From assembly GCA_951406725.2 (NCBI GenBank), contig OX597815.1, positions 164,548,001 through 164,612,000 on the forward strand: a stretch of 64,000 nt of DNA. The letters are read 5' to 3'. The translations under genes and the position numbers were made by a program. Below the pieces are notes generated by a model. The model did no database searches, was not told the origin of the DNA, and was given only the letters and a program-made list of their open reading frames with translations. Position 1 is the stretch's first letter. Each line of letters starts with the position of its first letter. This DNA is from Octopus vulgaris. Taxonomy: Eukaryota. Shown piece by piece: positions 25,897-38,980 of the stretch.

Positions 25897-25933
<37 letters not shown>

Positions 25934-26269
25934 GCTGATGATAATGCTACTACTTATGATAATAATAATAATTAGGTTTTAACGGGAATTCGAAAACAAC
26001 AATTATAATCGTTTGCGTGGGAAGGAGTATTTTGTTAACTACTTTACTTTCAAATATGTATTTGTGTGTGCAAGTGTGTACGCGCGCGCAAACATATATG
26101 TATACGGATATATATGAATTTACTTGTAAACAAGTCGTACTATTAAATTCTTGATTGTAGCCCAAAAACTATGGGGTGGTAAAACTATGATATAAAAAGG
26201 GAAAATTTTGTACCAAGAGTTAAAACCAAATTAGGTGTGCGACTTACACACAAGTAAATACCTTATATA

Positions 26270-26324
<55 letters not shown>

Positions 26325-26328
<4 letters not shown>

Positions 26329-26497
26329 GAAGAATTCACAAAAACAAAAGAAGACAGGTGGTATAGAAAACAAACAGTTGTATTAGTATAACGCTCGGGA
26401 AATGAAAAAGTCTTTAACGTTTCGAGCCTACGCTCTTCCACAGAAAAGAACACAGAAAGAAACAAGGAGAGAAAAAATGTGTGTAGTGGCTAGCGAT
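26325..26497 (-). mobile_element. Penelope-derived non-autonomous repeat within (TA)n, carrying a hammerhead-like motif
   Basis: Reverse complement of 48925-49053; motif at 26412-26447. Confidence 0.6.
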
Positions 26498-26516
26498 CTA
26501 TCTATCTATCTATCTA

Positions 26517-26583
<67 letters not shown>

Positions 26584-27140
26584 AAATCAGCGACAGTTTG
26601 TCACTGGAAAAAACATATGGTATTTTTTGCATTTGGAATGAGTTCTTATCGCTAGCAGGTGATTATCACACATTGATGACGGGTTACTACTCAGAAACCT
26701 GGGTCTGTGTGTATCATGTGATACTAGAGATAAGTACGACGATTTCCTTTCGCAAATACTAATCAGACACAGACAGTGTGTTGTTAGTCAGCTTAAGAAG
26801 ATGTCTACCTGAGACTATAAACAACAATAGCATCGTCACTTATGGGACCACCACATTTAGGTAGCAAATATACTTCACGATATATCACACACGTAGAGTA
26901 TTAAAAAAACACACAAATATATCAGTATCTTTGGGCTTCGTTAGTAGGTACTATCCGCTTGTATTGCATGCTAAGCGAAATACAGGCGCGCGACTGAGTT
27001 GAAGGCAGATTTACTTCTGCTGTTATAGCACGTAAAGGAAACAGTGTTGAAGGAGTGTATGCAGAACGTGTACTACAGCAGTAATATGCGTAGCTTAAAT
27101 ACAGAATGAAAAGCAAGGGCGAATTTTACCTACCTAATCT

Positions 27141-27177
<37 letters not shown>

Positions 27178-28029
27178 TGCATTTTATGCATAGTAATCAG
27201 AGTAAACTCCATAATTTTATTGAATTAGGTGCATATTTTGCCATAAAAGGAATATATTGCTATCGATCACTACCTACCTTGCCGCGCAATCATCGTGTGT
27301 GGGTATGTACCCAAATACATTATGTTTGCCTCATCTTTTCGGATGATAGCCTAATAGTTCTGATTTACTTTCATCCTTGCATATGCACAGATATCCATCG
27401 GCATTAGACTTCATAAAATGTAAAATGGATCAAGAAATGAAATGAGAGTACGCCATTAGATTTAAGTGACAAAACCTTATAAAACGCTATTGCCACTCTC
27501 GTAATCGCTATAGTAGGTTCAGTGACAAACATTGTGAGATGACTGGTACTAATCTTGACTTCAAGTTTTATATCAAAGTATCGTTTTCCTAGAAGAGCTG
27601 CCTCTTCCCCACGGCTTTATCAAAAATAAAGTGGAACCTCCTCTATCCATGGGAAATCTATTTAACTCATAGATGGGATGCTGGCAGGTACTGTTATTCC
27701 GGATCAGAACGGATCAAGAAGTAATGGTAATTAAAAATGACTCTATACTCTCCACTAACCCAGAACTGGAGCCTCATCACCAGAACATCCAAATACATAC
27801 ATACATACATACATACATACATACATACATACATACATACATACATACATACATACATACATACATGCATACATACATACATAGCCCTGGTCAGAAGTCT
27901 CAATTCGCAATAAAACTAAAGTATTATACTGTAATTGATGATGTTGATGAAAAACATGGAAAATATTTTGTAATAAAATATGCAGATAACCCAAGAATAA
28001 TTTGGAAAAGAACAAATACCAACGTTATT

Positions 28030-28610
28030 TCGTAGCCCTTTTCCTTGTCATGCTTTCAATCAAATATTTGCAGTAATCTCGAATTATCTGTGTTCAGACC
28101 TGTAATATCTGCTCTTTTAAACCCGGTATTGACGCAGCTTTATAAAATGCAATTGTCTTTAATTATATAATCCGATGCATTTTCTATAGAGCTCAAGTCA
28201 GAAGATAAAACTGTCCATTTACCCAGTATAGCAATATCATTATATATCAATGTCAGTCTTTCGTCCATTTTGTTGAACTGCAGGATGCACCATCTTGTTG
28301 GAATATAATGAATGGAATATAAATGTTAGAATATAATGAATGATCACATGAGTAGTAAAATTCTTAAGAACATACTGGTAGGTATTACAGTTTAAGGTTT
28401 TACCTTGAGTAATAACCCAAATATCTGTTCTTTCCTTTGTAGGAAAAAACTACCCCCTTTACATAATGAAAGAGCATTGTTTGCTCTTACAAAGTGCATG
28501 CCAGAGATTGGACCTTGAATTTGATGGGCAATGGACAAAAGGACCACTAGAGACAAATTACTTGATGAATGTTTCCTTACTATACATGAATTTAAGCTAG
28601 TTTTCATTAT
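28030..28610 (-). mobile_element. Highly decayed Tc1-like transposase
   Basis: IIFQQDGASC, WTVLSSDLSSIENA (degenerate WPxxSPDLNPIEN) and YCKYLIESM, across frameshifts. Confidence 0.7.
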
Positions 28611-28672
28611 TTCAATTTATATTTTTATCCTTGCAAATTTCTGGAAATCCTGAACGCTTTTCTTTGTGATAT

Positions 28673-28726
<54 letters not shown>

Positions 28727-28730
<4 letters not shown>

Positions 28731-28882
28731 TTCTTCTAACCGCTCAGTCGAAGTCGACTCTCAGTCACTCGTTGGATCAGTGTCCTCCAGTCAGTTCTAT
28801 CCTGGGCTGCTTCTTTCAGACTGGCTATGTCCATTCCGGTATCACTCTTGATGGTGTCAAGCCAGCGGGTTCTTGGTCGGCC
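28727..28882 (-). mobile_element. RTE/BovB-like LINE 3' end
   Basis: GRPRTRWLDTIKSDTGM..AAQDRTDWR..RVTESRLRL followed by a (GAA)n tail. Confidence 0.8.
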
Positions 28883-29024
28883 TTTTAAACGAAGTTTAAA
28901 AGTGTTTAGTTGCGTGGAAATTATTTTTAAAAACTGCCGTTCAAACCGAAAAGATCCCAAGACACTTCGTGGAACCCGAGGTCATAGCAGAAGACACTTG
29001 CTCAAGGTTCCACGAAGTGTCCTG

Positions 29025-29470
29025 GGATCTTTTCGGTTTGAACGGCAGTTTTTTAAAATAATTTCCACGTAACTAAACACTTTTAAACTTCGTAAATTGG
29101 TAGAATGTGTTTATAAAACATCCTTTTCTCTTGGCTTTATTGAGAAAATTCTATAGTTTGTAAGATATTTGTTTTTTTTCTTCAATTTCTGCAGTTTCAA
29201 CCAATCAATGACGTCTATTGAGGTGAAAACATTCTGTGTCGTATGAATATGTCCCTCGTTTAAGAAACAGATTAGGTTTATTTACATTTCTGAAGAAAAA
29301 AAGATACCCTTCCCCCCACCCCTAACCCTAACCCAAACTAACCCTAACCCTAACTAACCCTAACCCTAAAACAGATTGAAATGCAATAGATCGATACTAG
29401 GGTCATAATTATGGGTGACAATTTCATATGACACCGCTAGAAAAAACTGCCGTTAAAACCGAAAAGATCC
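29025..29470 (+). mobile_element. GGATC-ended MITE, copy 2
   Basis: Same TIRs. 8-bp TSD GTGTCCTG/GTGTACTG. Inserted in a minus-strand family B SINE; internal (CCCTAA)n. Confidence 0.9.
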
Positions 29471-29696
29471 GTGTACTGAACCCAGAAGCATGTGGTTGGG
29501 AAACAATTTGTGTGGTGGGGGTGGGAGTGGGGTGCACGCGCGTGTATAGATGGATGGATGGATAGGTCAAAATAACACAAATGAGAAGTCTAAAATTTGA
29601 GGCACGTGTTATTGCTTGTCTGACTCTGGGTAGTATATACATACGTACGTACATGTGTGTGTATGCACGTATTTATGTGTGTGTATGTGTGTGTGT

Positions 29697-29770
<74 letters not shown>

Positions 29771-30394
29771 GTTAATAGCCATATATTACTCTGTATCTTA
29801 CTTCCTTTATCATTAACCTACATAGTTCTTATAGCATTTATATTTTTTAAATAATTACTTGACTGGAATTACCAGTGTTTACTCATCATTATACATTCCT
29901 TCCACACACTTTAAAAAGTAAATTTTAGTCCATTAAACCTCAACAATAACTCTAAACCTATTGGTGTCCTTAAAGATTAATTTACTGACGTGAAAATCTT
30001 TTCTAGGTACACCGTTAATTTTTCATCTTAGGACGAGCCGGCAAATTTAAGGTAGTTTATTACAATATTTATTAAATGAGGGTAGTGAGTTAATGGAGTC
30101 TAGTAACGTAGCTAGTGAGCGGTGAGAGTGTGGTCCCACCCGAGCAACGCTTTTAAGGGGTCGGCATTTTGGGGTTTGCTGTATAAGCCTGTATAGGCTC
30201 GGGAACCTCTGTGGAAACGGTAAACCATCTCAAGGTTTGTTTCCTCCGGGTGACAACACTCTTGCTACGCTATTGATGGAGTCGTTAGAGCGTCGAACTA
30301 TATGCTCAGTGGTATTTCTTCTGGATCTTCACTTTCACAGTTCTAATCCTGCCAAGATCAATTTTGTACTTGATCCTTTTGGAGTCTATAAAAT

Positions 30395-30783
30395 GTTGGA
30401 AGAACTCCGTCGGTTACGACGATGAGGGTTCCGGTTGATCCGAATCTACGGAACAGCCTGCTCGTGAAATTAACGTGTAAGTGGCTGAGCACTCCACAGA
30501 CACGTGCACCCTTAACGTAGTCTCGGGGATATTCAGCGTGACACAGAGGATGACAAGGCCGGCCCCTTGAAATACAGGTACAACAGAAACAGGAAGTAAG
30601 AGTGAGAGAAAGTTGTGGTGAAAGAGTACAGCAGGGATCACCACCATCCCCTGCCGGAGCCTCGTGGAGCTTTAAGGTGTTTTCGCTCAATAAACACTCA
30701 CAACGCCCGGTCTGGGAATCGAAACCGCGATCCTATGACCGCGAGTCCGCTGCCCTAACCACTGGGCCATTGCGCCTCCACTT
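30395..30783 (-). mobile_element. tRNA-derived SINE family C (tail type 2) nested in a family A SINE
   Basis: Minus strand GTGGAGGCGCAATGGCCCAGTGGTTAGG..GGTTTCGATTCC. 11-bp TSD GTCTATAAAAT at 30384-30394 and 30784-30794. Confidence 0.9.
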
Positions 30784-31008
30784 GTCTATAAAATAAAGTA
30801 CCAGCATCAAAACTGCTTGAACCTTTCTGATCTGCTAGTATTACATATTCCATCACTAGTTTCTGAAAGTTATGATCACGTGGTAGTCTTTCTCCTTTCC
30901 GACAATTCCTTATACTTATCACACCACATTTCCAGTGATTCTATCCGATTCATATTCACAAATATCTTAATGTAAGGGATGTAATATACAACATTTTGTG
31001 TATATTAC

Positions 31009-31073
<65 letters not shown>

Positions 31074-31403
31074 CTGGACGGACGCTAGTCAAATGGGCTC
31101 CACGTAAGTTGGCTATTTTTTCATGTTTAAAAGTTTTATTGTCGAATATTTTGTGTTTAGAAGTTGTGCAACAACATTCACTTCAAAACTTGATGGATAA
31201 TTACATAGAATTTTGCCCCTGGGTAGGCGAAATTTCCAAACTTTTGAAGGCTTTCGTGGATTCATTTTAGCCATTTTTCATTTCGAAAATGGCGACTAGA
31301 AACCACAAGGCCAGTGCGCAAGTCATGCGGAACGCTAGCAAGGCGCTGAAAACAGCAGAAAACTTCCCTAGCTGCTGAACCTGACAGCTTGAACGCCGCT
31401 GTC

Positions 31404-31830
31404 GGATCTTTTCGGTTTGAACGGCAGTTTTTTCTAACGGTGTCATATGAAATTGTCACCCATAATTATGACCCTAGAATCGATCTATTGCATTTCAATC
31501 TGTTTTAGGGTTAAGGTTAGTTAGGGTAAGGGGTGGGGGTAAGGGTATCTTTTTTTCTTCACAAATGTAAATAAACCCAGTCTGTTTCTTAAACGAGGGA
31601 CATATTCATACGGCACAGAATGCTTTTTAACCCCATAGACGTCACTGATTGGTTGACATTGCAGAAATTGAAGAAAAAAAACAACAAATATTTTACAAAC
31701 TATAGAATTTTCTCAATAAAGCCAAGAGAAAAAGATGTTTAATAAACACATTCTACCAGTATACGAAGTTTAAAATTTTTTAGTTACCTAGAAATTATGT
31801 TAAAAACTGCCGTTCAAACCGAAAACATCC
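31404..31830 (-). mobile_element. GGATC-ended MITE, copy 3
   Basis: Same TIRs. Perfect 8-bp TSD CCGCTGTC (31396-31403, 31831-31838). Internal TTAGGG-like repeats. Confidence 0.92.
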
Positions 31831-31837
31831 CCGCTGT

Positions 31838-31883
31838 CACCACCACCACCACCACCACCACCACCACCACCACCACCACCACC

Positions 31884-31970
<87 letters not shown>
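31838..31970. repeat. Compound trinucleotide microsatellite (CAC)n(CAA)n(CAG)n
   Basis: Directly visible. Confidence 0.95.
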
Positions 31971-31973
<3 letters not shown>

Positions 31974-32159
31974 AAACTAATGCCGCAAGACCATTCACCG
32001 TCACCGTCACTAAAGACAACAACTCTGCCGTCAACACCAACACCACTACTACAACAACTTCTGCTGCTACAACTGCTTCTTCTGCCGCCGACAACACCAC
32101 CACCACCACAAAGGACAAAGCAAATTTTGCTGAAGCAATAAAACAAAAAAGAACCAAAG

Positions 32160-33690
32160 TCAAATTATTCTTCCTTCTGCCTTTAACCCTCCAACGTGGA
32201 ATATAGGTCACTTTTATTGAATTCCATGTCGCATAATTTTTCGCTTCTGTACTTATACTCTGCTATGAATGTCCCCCTTTCTCTAGTTCCTTTTGTGTTG
32301 ATCTACGCCACGAGTTCTTATCCATTCGGATTCCACTGTAAAGCACTTTTCGCTACATTTGGTGTTTCTTTTCTAATTGTGCTACCAATCCACTTCCACT
32401 TTTTCTTAAATATTTGCTCCCTAATCGAAACTTGATTTGTTCTTTGCCATAGCTCCATATTGCTTATGTGTTTGGGCCATCTAATTTTAAGTATACTACG
32501 CAAGCGCCTGTTGATGAATGATTGTATTTGCTTATTTGACTTAACTGTTGTTCACCATGTTTCAGCCCCATACAATAACGCTTTTACGTTAGTGTTAAAA
32601 TTTCTTATTTTGTTCTTTATTGAAATTACACTTGCGCTCCATACTTCTTTTAACAGATGAAAAGCAGTCCTTGCCTTACTTATTCTCGTCTTAATATCTT
32701 CGTCGGTGCCGCCTGAAAACGTTATCTTACTACCTAAATACGTAAACTCGGCTACATCCTCTAGTTCGCCGGTTTCTAGTTTAATACGTTCGCTGTTTTC
32801 TTCATTAATGCGCATAATTTTTGATTTGTCGCGGTTGACTTTCAATCCTAGTTTGGCAGCTATTGCTTCTAGTTTTGACGTTTTATTTTGCATTTGGCTA
32901 TATGTTTGTGAAAGTAGTGCTATATCATCTGCAAAGTCGAGATCTTCTAGAGCTTCTGCATCCGTCCATTCAATGCCTGTTTGGCTTTCAATCGTAGTTT
33001 CCTTCATAATCCAATCTATAACTAGTAAAACAAAAAGGGAGAAAGTATACAGCCCTGTCGAACTCCTATTTTTACTTCGAATTTATCCGTAGCTCCATTT
33101 CCATGCAAGACTCGGCATGACATTTCTTGGTAAGTTGCTCTTATTATAGATATATATACTTGTCTGGTATGCCATAGTGCTGCATAATTTTCCATAAGCC
33201 TTTCCCTATCTACACTATCAAATGCTTTTTCGAAATCAATATAGTTAATATAAAGCGGTGCATTCCATCATCTAAGATGATGCGAAGAGTGGTGACTTGA
33301 TCTACACATAAACGGTTCTTCCTAAATCCGGCTTGTTCTTTACGCAACAATTTGTCAACTGCTGTCCTCATCCGCTCTAAAAGTATCCTGTTAAAAACTT
33401 TTCCGGGAGTCGATAATTGCATAATCCTTCTATAATTTCCGCAAACGCTTAAATCACCTGTTTTTTGGCAATTTTACGATGAGTCCCTCCTTCCTATCAT
33501 TAGGCACATTTTCTTCCTGTCATATCTTTGAAAATAATGGATGAAACATTTCTACCGCTATTTCTATAGCTGATTTCATTACTTCAGCTGGAATGTTGTC
33601 TACACCTTCCGCTTTCCCATCCTTGAGGGATTGTATAGCCTATCTTATTTCAAACTTGGACGGTGGGTCAAGGCTGATATTAAGATCCAA
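32160..33690 (-). mobile_element. RTE-type LINE reverse transcriptase fragment
   Basis: GKVFNRILLERM, EQAGFR, FEKAFDSVDR, GVRQGC, LDFADDIALL, FTYLGS, LLYGAETW; stops and frameshifts. Confidence 0.9.
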
Positions 33691-33699
33691 ATTTCTTGG

Positions 33700-35014
33700 C
33701 ACAATGTTGGCTATATAGTCAAATTCACCGCACAACAAATAAAGGATACAAAAGAAGGAGCAATTTACACCTCCACATCCCAAAAAACATCCTAGAAGAC
33801 ACACAGAAAAGAACGATCATCTATAAAATTATCAACACGAAAACAAAAAGAGCAGATCAAACACGACAACAAAAAATAGAAAAAAACCTTCGCCCTGTTT
33901 GACCACACAAGGAATACGTGAACTGGTGGCACAAATACGGCACCGTCAAAGTCCGATTCCAGGACGAAAATCTGGACAAACGTTTCTCTACACTGACCCT
34001 CAACACGGATGGGTTAGTGATGATACCAACGTATCTAGGCCAGAGAGTGACAAAAGTCACAATAAAAAATGTGCCTCCGGAAATCGAGACACAATGGCTA
34101 TTGTCTGCCATCTGTTTCGAGATGGAGGAAACAAACATCCTAGAAATTGCTGTTTTAGAACAACAAAATTGGGTCGGAAAGACACTTCTGCAGATTGATT
34201 AGCCAACGATTAATAATTTTAGAATTTTAGAATTGACAGGAGGCCACAAACTGTATGTAGTGGTGGAGGGAAGGTGGCCATACTGTTATCTGTGCAACAG
34301 CGAAACACATTTGAAAAACGATTGTCCGACTGCAAAAAAAAACCATCACCACAACCAGAAAAATCCTGGAAGAAACCACCACTTCTACCCACACCACCAC
34401 CAATACAGAAGACGACACCGACAACTGAGAATACAACAACAGCAACACCAACAGGAACTAAAGAAACAGAAAAACCAAAAGCCAATACAAAAACTGATTC
34501 CCCTTCCCCTACATCACATACACCACACACAAATAGTCAGCAACCAACATCAACGAAAACAATACAACCACTTACACAAACATACATAAAACTTACAACA
34601 TGTCCCTACCCACTTCCGATTTCTCAGAAATTTCGTCGGAAGACGAAAGCAGTGAGGAATGGCAAATAGCCAGAAAAGAAAGAAGGAAGAGGAGCAAGAA
34701 AAGAACCAAACCAAACGCAAACAAAGCAGGGAGATACACAAACACTAGCACACACAACACCAACACTAACAACAACACAATGCTCACTGCCATCAACACG
34801 AAAAATACAGAGCTGATAGAATACATCAACACAAAAACAAACCTGACACACAAAGACATAAAAACAAGTAACCAGCCATACACAACACCACCAGAACACA
34901 TTAAAATATTGAACATCACACCAGCCTTACACCACACACTAAAATCCATTTGCGCCGATACGGTAGGAAGATGCCAGAAGTACTCTTCCAAAACAAGCGG
35001 TGGTGTCACACTCA

Positions 35015-35016
<2 letters not shown>
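33700..35016 (+). mobile_element. Decayed Tx1-like ORF1 with CCHC knuckle
   Basis: VVEGRWPYCYLCNSETHLKNDCP plus Thr/Pro/Lys-rich tail; paralogous to 16933-17745. Confidence 0.65.
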
Positions 35017-35047
<31 letters not shown>

Positions 35048-35150
35048 CTATTAAAAGGGGTGTAGCCTTTTTCTCTACAGAAAAAAACTCCATCAGGAAT
35101 TGTGGCAGTATATTAAAAGAACCTTTACGGTTAAAAATTATAAATATCTT

Positions 35151-35566
35151 ATAAGCAAGGGCTAAAGAAAGTTTTTCTAAAGCCAATATACTGAAATCCA
35201 CGTCTAATCTACTTGCTACAGAAAGTTGAACTGAAATTCGGGCAACTATACATTTGGAACATTTAAATTTCGTTATCTCAATATTGAATCAATTTTGGAC
35301 TTAACACCATAAGTGTTCGTTCGTCTTCAGTTAAGCTTACGAGAGAATATAAGTGAGATATTCACACGTGCCCCCGGGAAAACAACGGAAGCGAATAACA
35401 CAAGCACATCTGAGTAACCCCGTTATATCCAAAAATAAAGGTTCTTAGATTAAGTCTCAGAACAACCTGTTGACTTGCCGCCGCTACATCAACTTTCTGT
35501 AGCAAGTAGATTAAACGTGGATTTCAGTATATTGGCTTTAGAAAAACTTTCTTTATCCCTTGCTTA

Positions 35567-35567
<1 letters not shown>
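35151..35567. repeat. 79-bp inverted repeat pair with ~260-bp spacer
   Basis: 35151-35229 vs 35489-35567, two mismatches seen; the region is bounded by (TA)n tracts. Confidence 0.85.
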
Positions 35568-35614
<47 letters not shown>

Positions 35615-36033
35615 TAATGTACATAGTATATCACGTGACCACGTGACCGACCAGGCTATCAGATGTTGCTACACATCGCTGGTCACAATGCGCTTCGCAT
35701 TGTTTTAGCCTTCAAATGATGCCACTCCGCTGGCTAAGCGAGCAGGCCAACATAGTATATAGTATACAGTTATCAGTCACTAATAGTTTCATACACTGGA
35801 GATATTTTCTAGGCAGGTTTTAATAATGATATTAATCCTTTCTAATTTAGGTGCAAGGCCTGAAATTTTGCGCGAAGGGGTCAATCGATTAGATCGACGC
35901 CAGTACGCAACTGGTACTAAATTTATTGACCATAACGAATGAACTCTGAACGTAGCGACGGGCAAAATACCGTTAAGCATTTCGTCCAGCATGGCCAACG
36001 ATTCTGCCAGCTCGCCGCCTTAATATAATAATG

Positions 36034-36138
<105 letters not shown>

Positions 36139-36394
36139 TGTGTGTATGTATGTATGTATGTATGTATGTATATGTATATATAACGGCCTTCTTTCAGCTT
36201 CCGTCTACGAAATTCAGTCATAAGGCTTTAGTCAGTCTGAGGCTATTGCAGGTGGCATTTACCCAAGTTGCAACCCAGTGGGACTGAACCTGTAACCATG
36301 TGGTAGATAAGCAAACTTCTTACCACATATCCACGCCTGCATCTATAATTAGTGAGCGTGTGCGCACGTGTACATATGTAATTTTTCTTTGAGT

Positions 36395-37640
36395 TTAATT
36401 TAAGTTAATTCTTGAGAGAATTCAACCTGGTTGCTAACGAAGCAACAAGACTTCATTGAGTTAAGAGAGTTCCCGGTATTTGTACATATGTTGTTGAGTT
36501 GGTGTTTTGGCTGAACGGTCGATGCACACACCCATGTGTGTGCATCTATTCACATAAGAATCTTAAATGGAGAATTTTTGGCATGTCTTACAAATCTTCA
36601 CTGTGCCACTAATAGATTGGATTCGGAGAATCCGTATCAGTTTCGTTTGCTCTTTTTCTGTGAAACCGAGTATTTCCAGGTTCTTGTACAAAATTGTTGA
36701 TACATATCTTAATGCACCTATGATAATAGGTACAAATTCGTAGTCACTGTACTAGAGCAGCTGGAAATTCCGCATTAATATTCTCTTTTTCCTGGACTTT
36801 TGATTGTACATTCATATGTGCTGGATAGCTGACCTCTGCAACAATGCATGGCTTGTTTCCTGTCTCACAGAACAATATCAAGTCTGTTATGTTTGCACCC
36901 AAATGATGTTTTTATTGGGGTGTTTGACCAGTATTCCTTGCTTTTAAAAGTGTGAATACCTGTTTGTTCTGATACATAAGCTAAAAAACAGTCCTTTCTG
37001 CGGATGGCATTGTAATTTTTCTTTTTCAACTATATCATGCCACAATGTGGGTGATATCTTCCACACTGGCATAGCAAAGCCGACATTTTTTATCACAACA
37101 TGAAGATCTAGAGGTATCTTTTCCCCTCTTGTTAATTGGGTATTCAGTAGCTATCTCCTATTCCTAGATAGCGAAGGTATATCCTTCTAGGTGGGATGAA
37201 ATGTCAACACTGTTGTTGCCCTCTAGCTTACGGGATATGCACTCATGCATTGCTTTATTTTTGGTATGATGCCTGCTTCTCCTTCAAGCTTCTGTTCAGT
37301 TAAGCCAGTCCAGCCACCTTTGGTTCGCATGAGACAATTGTATTCTCAGAGTACCTGCACAGTAGTTCTCCAGCTCTGGAGATGTTGCTCTCACTTTTGA
37401 GTATGCTTAGAATGTACTCGTTTCTTTCTGTACTGTTCAACAGGTGTTTTCTGAGTGATACAATGCGACATTCAAATGCTATTCGTACAGATTTTATGCC
37501 TCTACCGCCATCACTTCGTTTCACGTAAATCCTATCTCTGTTGCTGTTAATGTGGAAGTTGGCAGTGGTGGTCAGTACCTTTCTGCGTATCTCATCGGAT
37601 GTTCTGTCCAATATCCCAAATGTTGGTACTAGCATTTAGA
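36395..37640 (-). mobile_element. RLE-type LINE 3' half (R4/Dong-like)
   Basis: LVPTFGILD, FHINSNRDRIYVKRSDGGRGIKSV, SHLEGYTFAI, FVPIIIGAL. Confidence 0.8.
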
Positions 37641-38630
37641 TATGGTCTTGTTAAACGCAAACAGCTCTGAGTTTCATATTTTCCGGTGTTTACAGAAGTA
37701 TACTATGTATGTATGTATGTATGTATGTATGTATGTATGTATGTATGTATGTATGTATGTGTATGTATGTATGTATGTATGCATGCATGTGTATGTATGT
37801 ATGTATGTATCTATGTATGTATGTATGTATGTATGTATTTACATACAATATGCCTCAGTATATACATCCCTGATATTATTTATATACGTATTCATTTTCC
37901 TTTTACGATTGTAATTCCGTCAAAAAAAAATCTATTTCGTCAAAACGAACTCATAGCATAGAAATAGCCTCCTCCTCCTCCTCCTCCTCCTCCTCTCACT
38001 ATGTCGTCGCTATGCATAATCACTTCATTCTTTCTATCCTCCTCCACATCAAAAAAAAATCCATCAAAATTAACTTCTCCGTTTCATTGATGTTTTTTCG
38101 CAACATGTTTTTTCTCTGCACATGAGAAAAAGAAAAAGAAAAAGAAAAAAAGCTACACTTTTCACTTACAAGCGATTACAATTTAGCAGCAGTAGTACAG
38201 CGTGGGGTAGCAGCAGTACTATAGCGTGTGGGTATGTCGGGTATGCACAGGGTGTCCACTTGAGGGTTGGTGATGACGATTGCTTTCATAGGTGTGTTAC
38301 TTACGTTTAAGGAAGTGAGTGGGAGGTCAGTTTGGCTACCACGCAGGGCAAGGCCAAAATCTACGCTACACCACCGCTTAGTATGGTATCTACTATGCTT
38401 TCACTAATTCTTTTGAGCACCCCATTTGGTCGGAGCAAAATACAGGCACCCACTTCGCCCTCTCACTTAGGGAAACATCCAAGATGTGATAGGAAGATGA
38501 GAAGATTACACCAGCACTGGGCTAATTATTTTTCCATGCTTTTCCGACATCGAAAGATTTAAAAGCAAAGTTTACATATATACATACATGCATACATACA
38601 ACTACATATATACATACATGCATACATACA

Positions 38631-38926
38631 AGCTGGAAGGCATGCTGGCAAAACACTGCCCCTCTAAATGAAAACCTTACCTGTCACTGTGGTTTTGTGA
38701 CACGGAGCAAAGCAGGCCTTGCCGTTCACTCAAGAAAATACGTAGTAAATGATCTACAAGCACTCGAATAAACAGAGTCCTCAACTTGTTCCATATGCTA
38801 AAACGTTTGCAAGGCACCAACAGGCCTTAAGAGGTACATGTGCGTCCATAGAATATAATTACCGCTTTATTTTACCTTACATTTATTTGTCGTTCACGAC
38901 GAGAGAATCCATCATATATATATAAT

Positions 38927-38932
<6 letters not shown>
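38631..38932 (+). mobile_element. RTE-like LINE 3' end with two decayed zinc-finger-like motifs
   Basis: CHCGFVTRSKAGLAVH and CSIC*NVCKAPTGLKRYMCVH, then an ATCCATCAT tail. Confidence 0.55.

Positions 38933-38980
<48 letters not shown>

Noticed and set aside
28030-28290. LLQIFD peptide matching exon 2, suggesting a duplicated exon
   Set aside because: That frame has stops, and the region is better explained as a Tc1 transposase relic.
30138-30150. CCCGAGCAACGC resembling the Helitron 3' hairpin
   Set aside because: The second hairpin arm and the terminal CTAG are missing.
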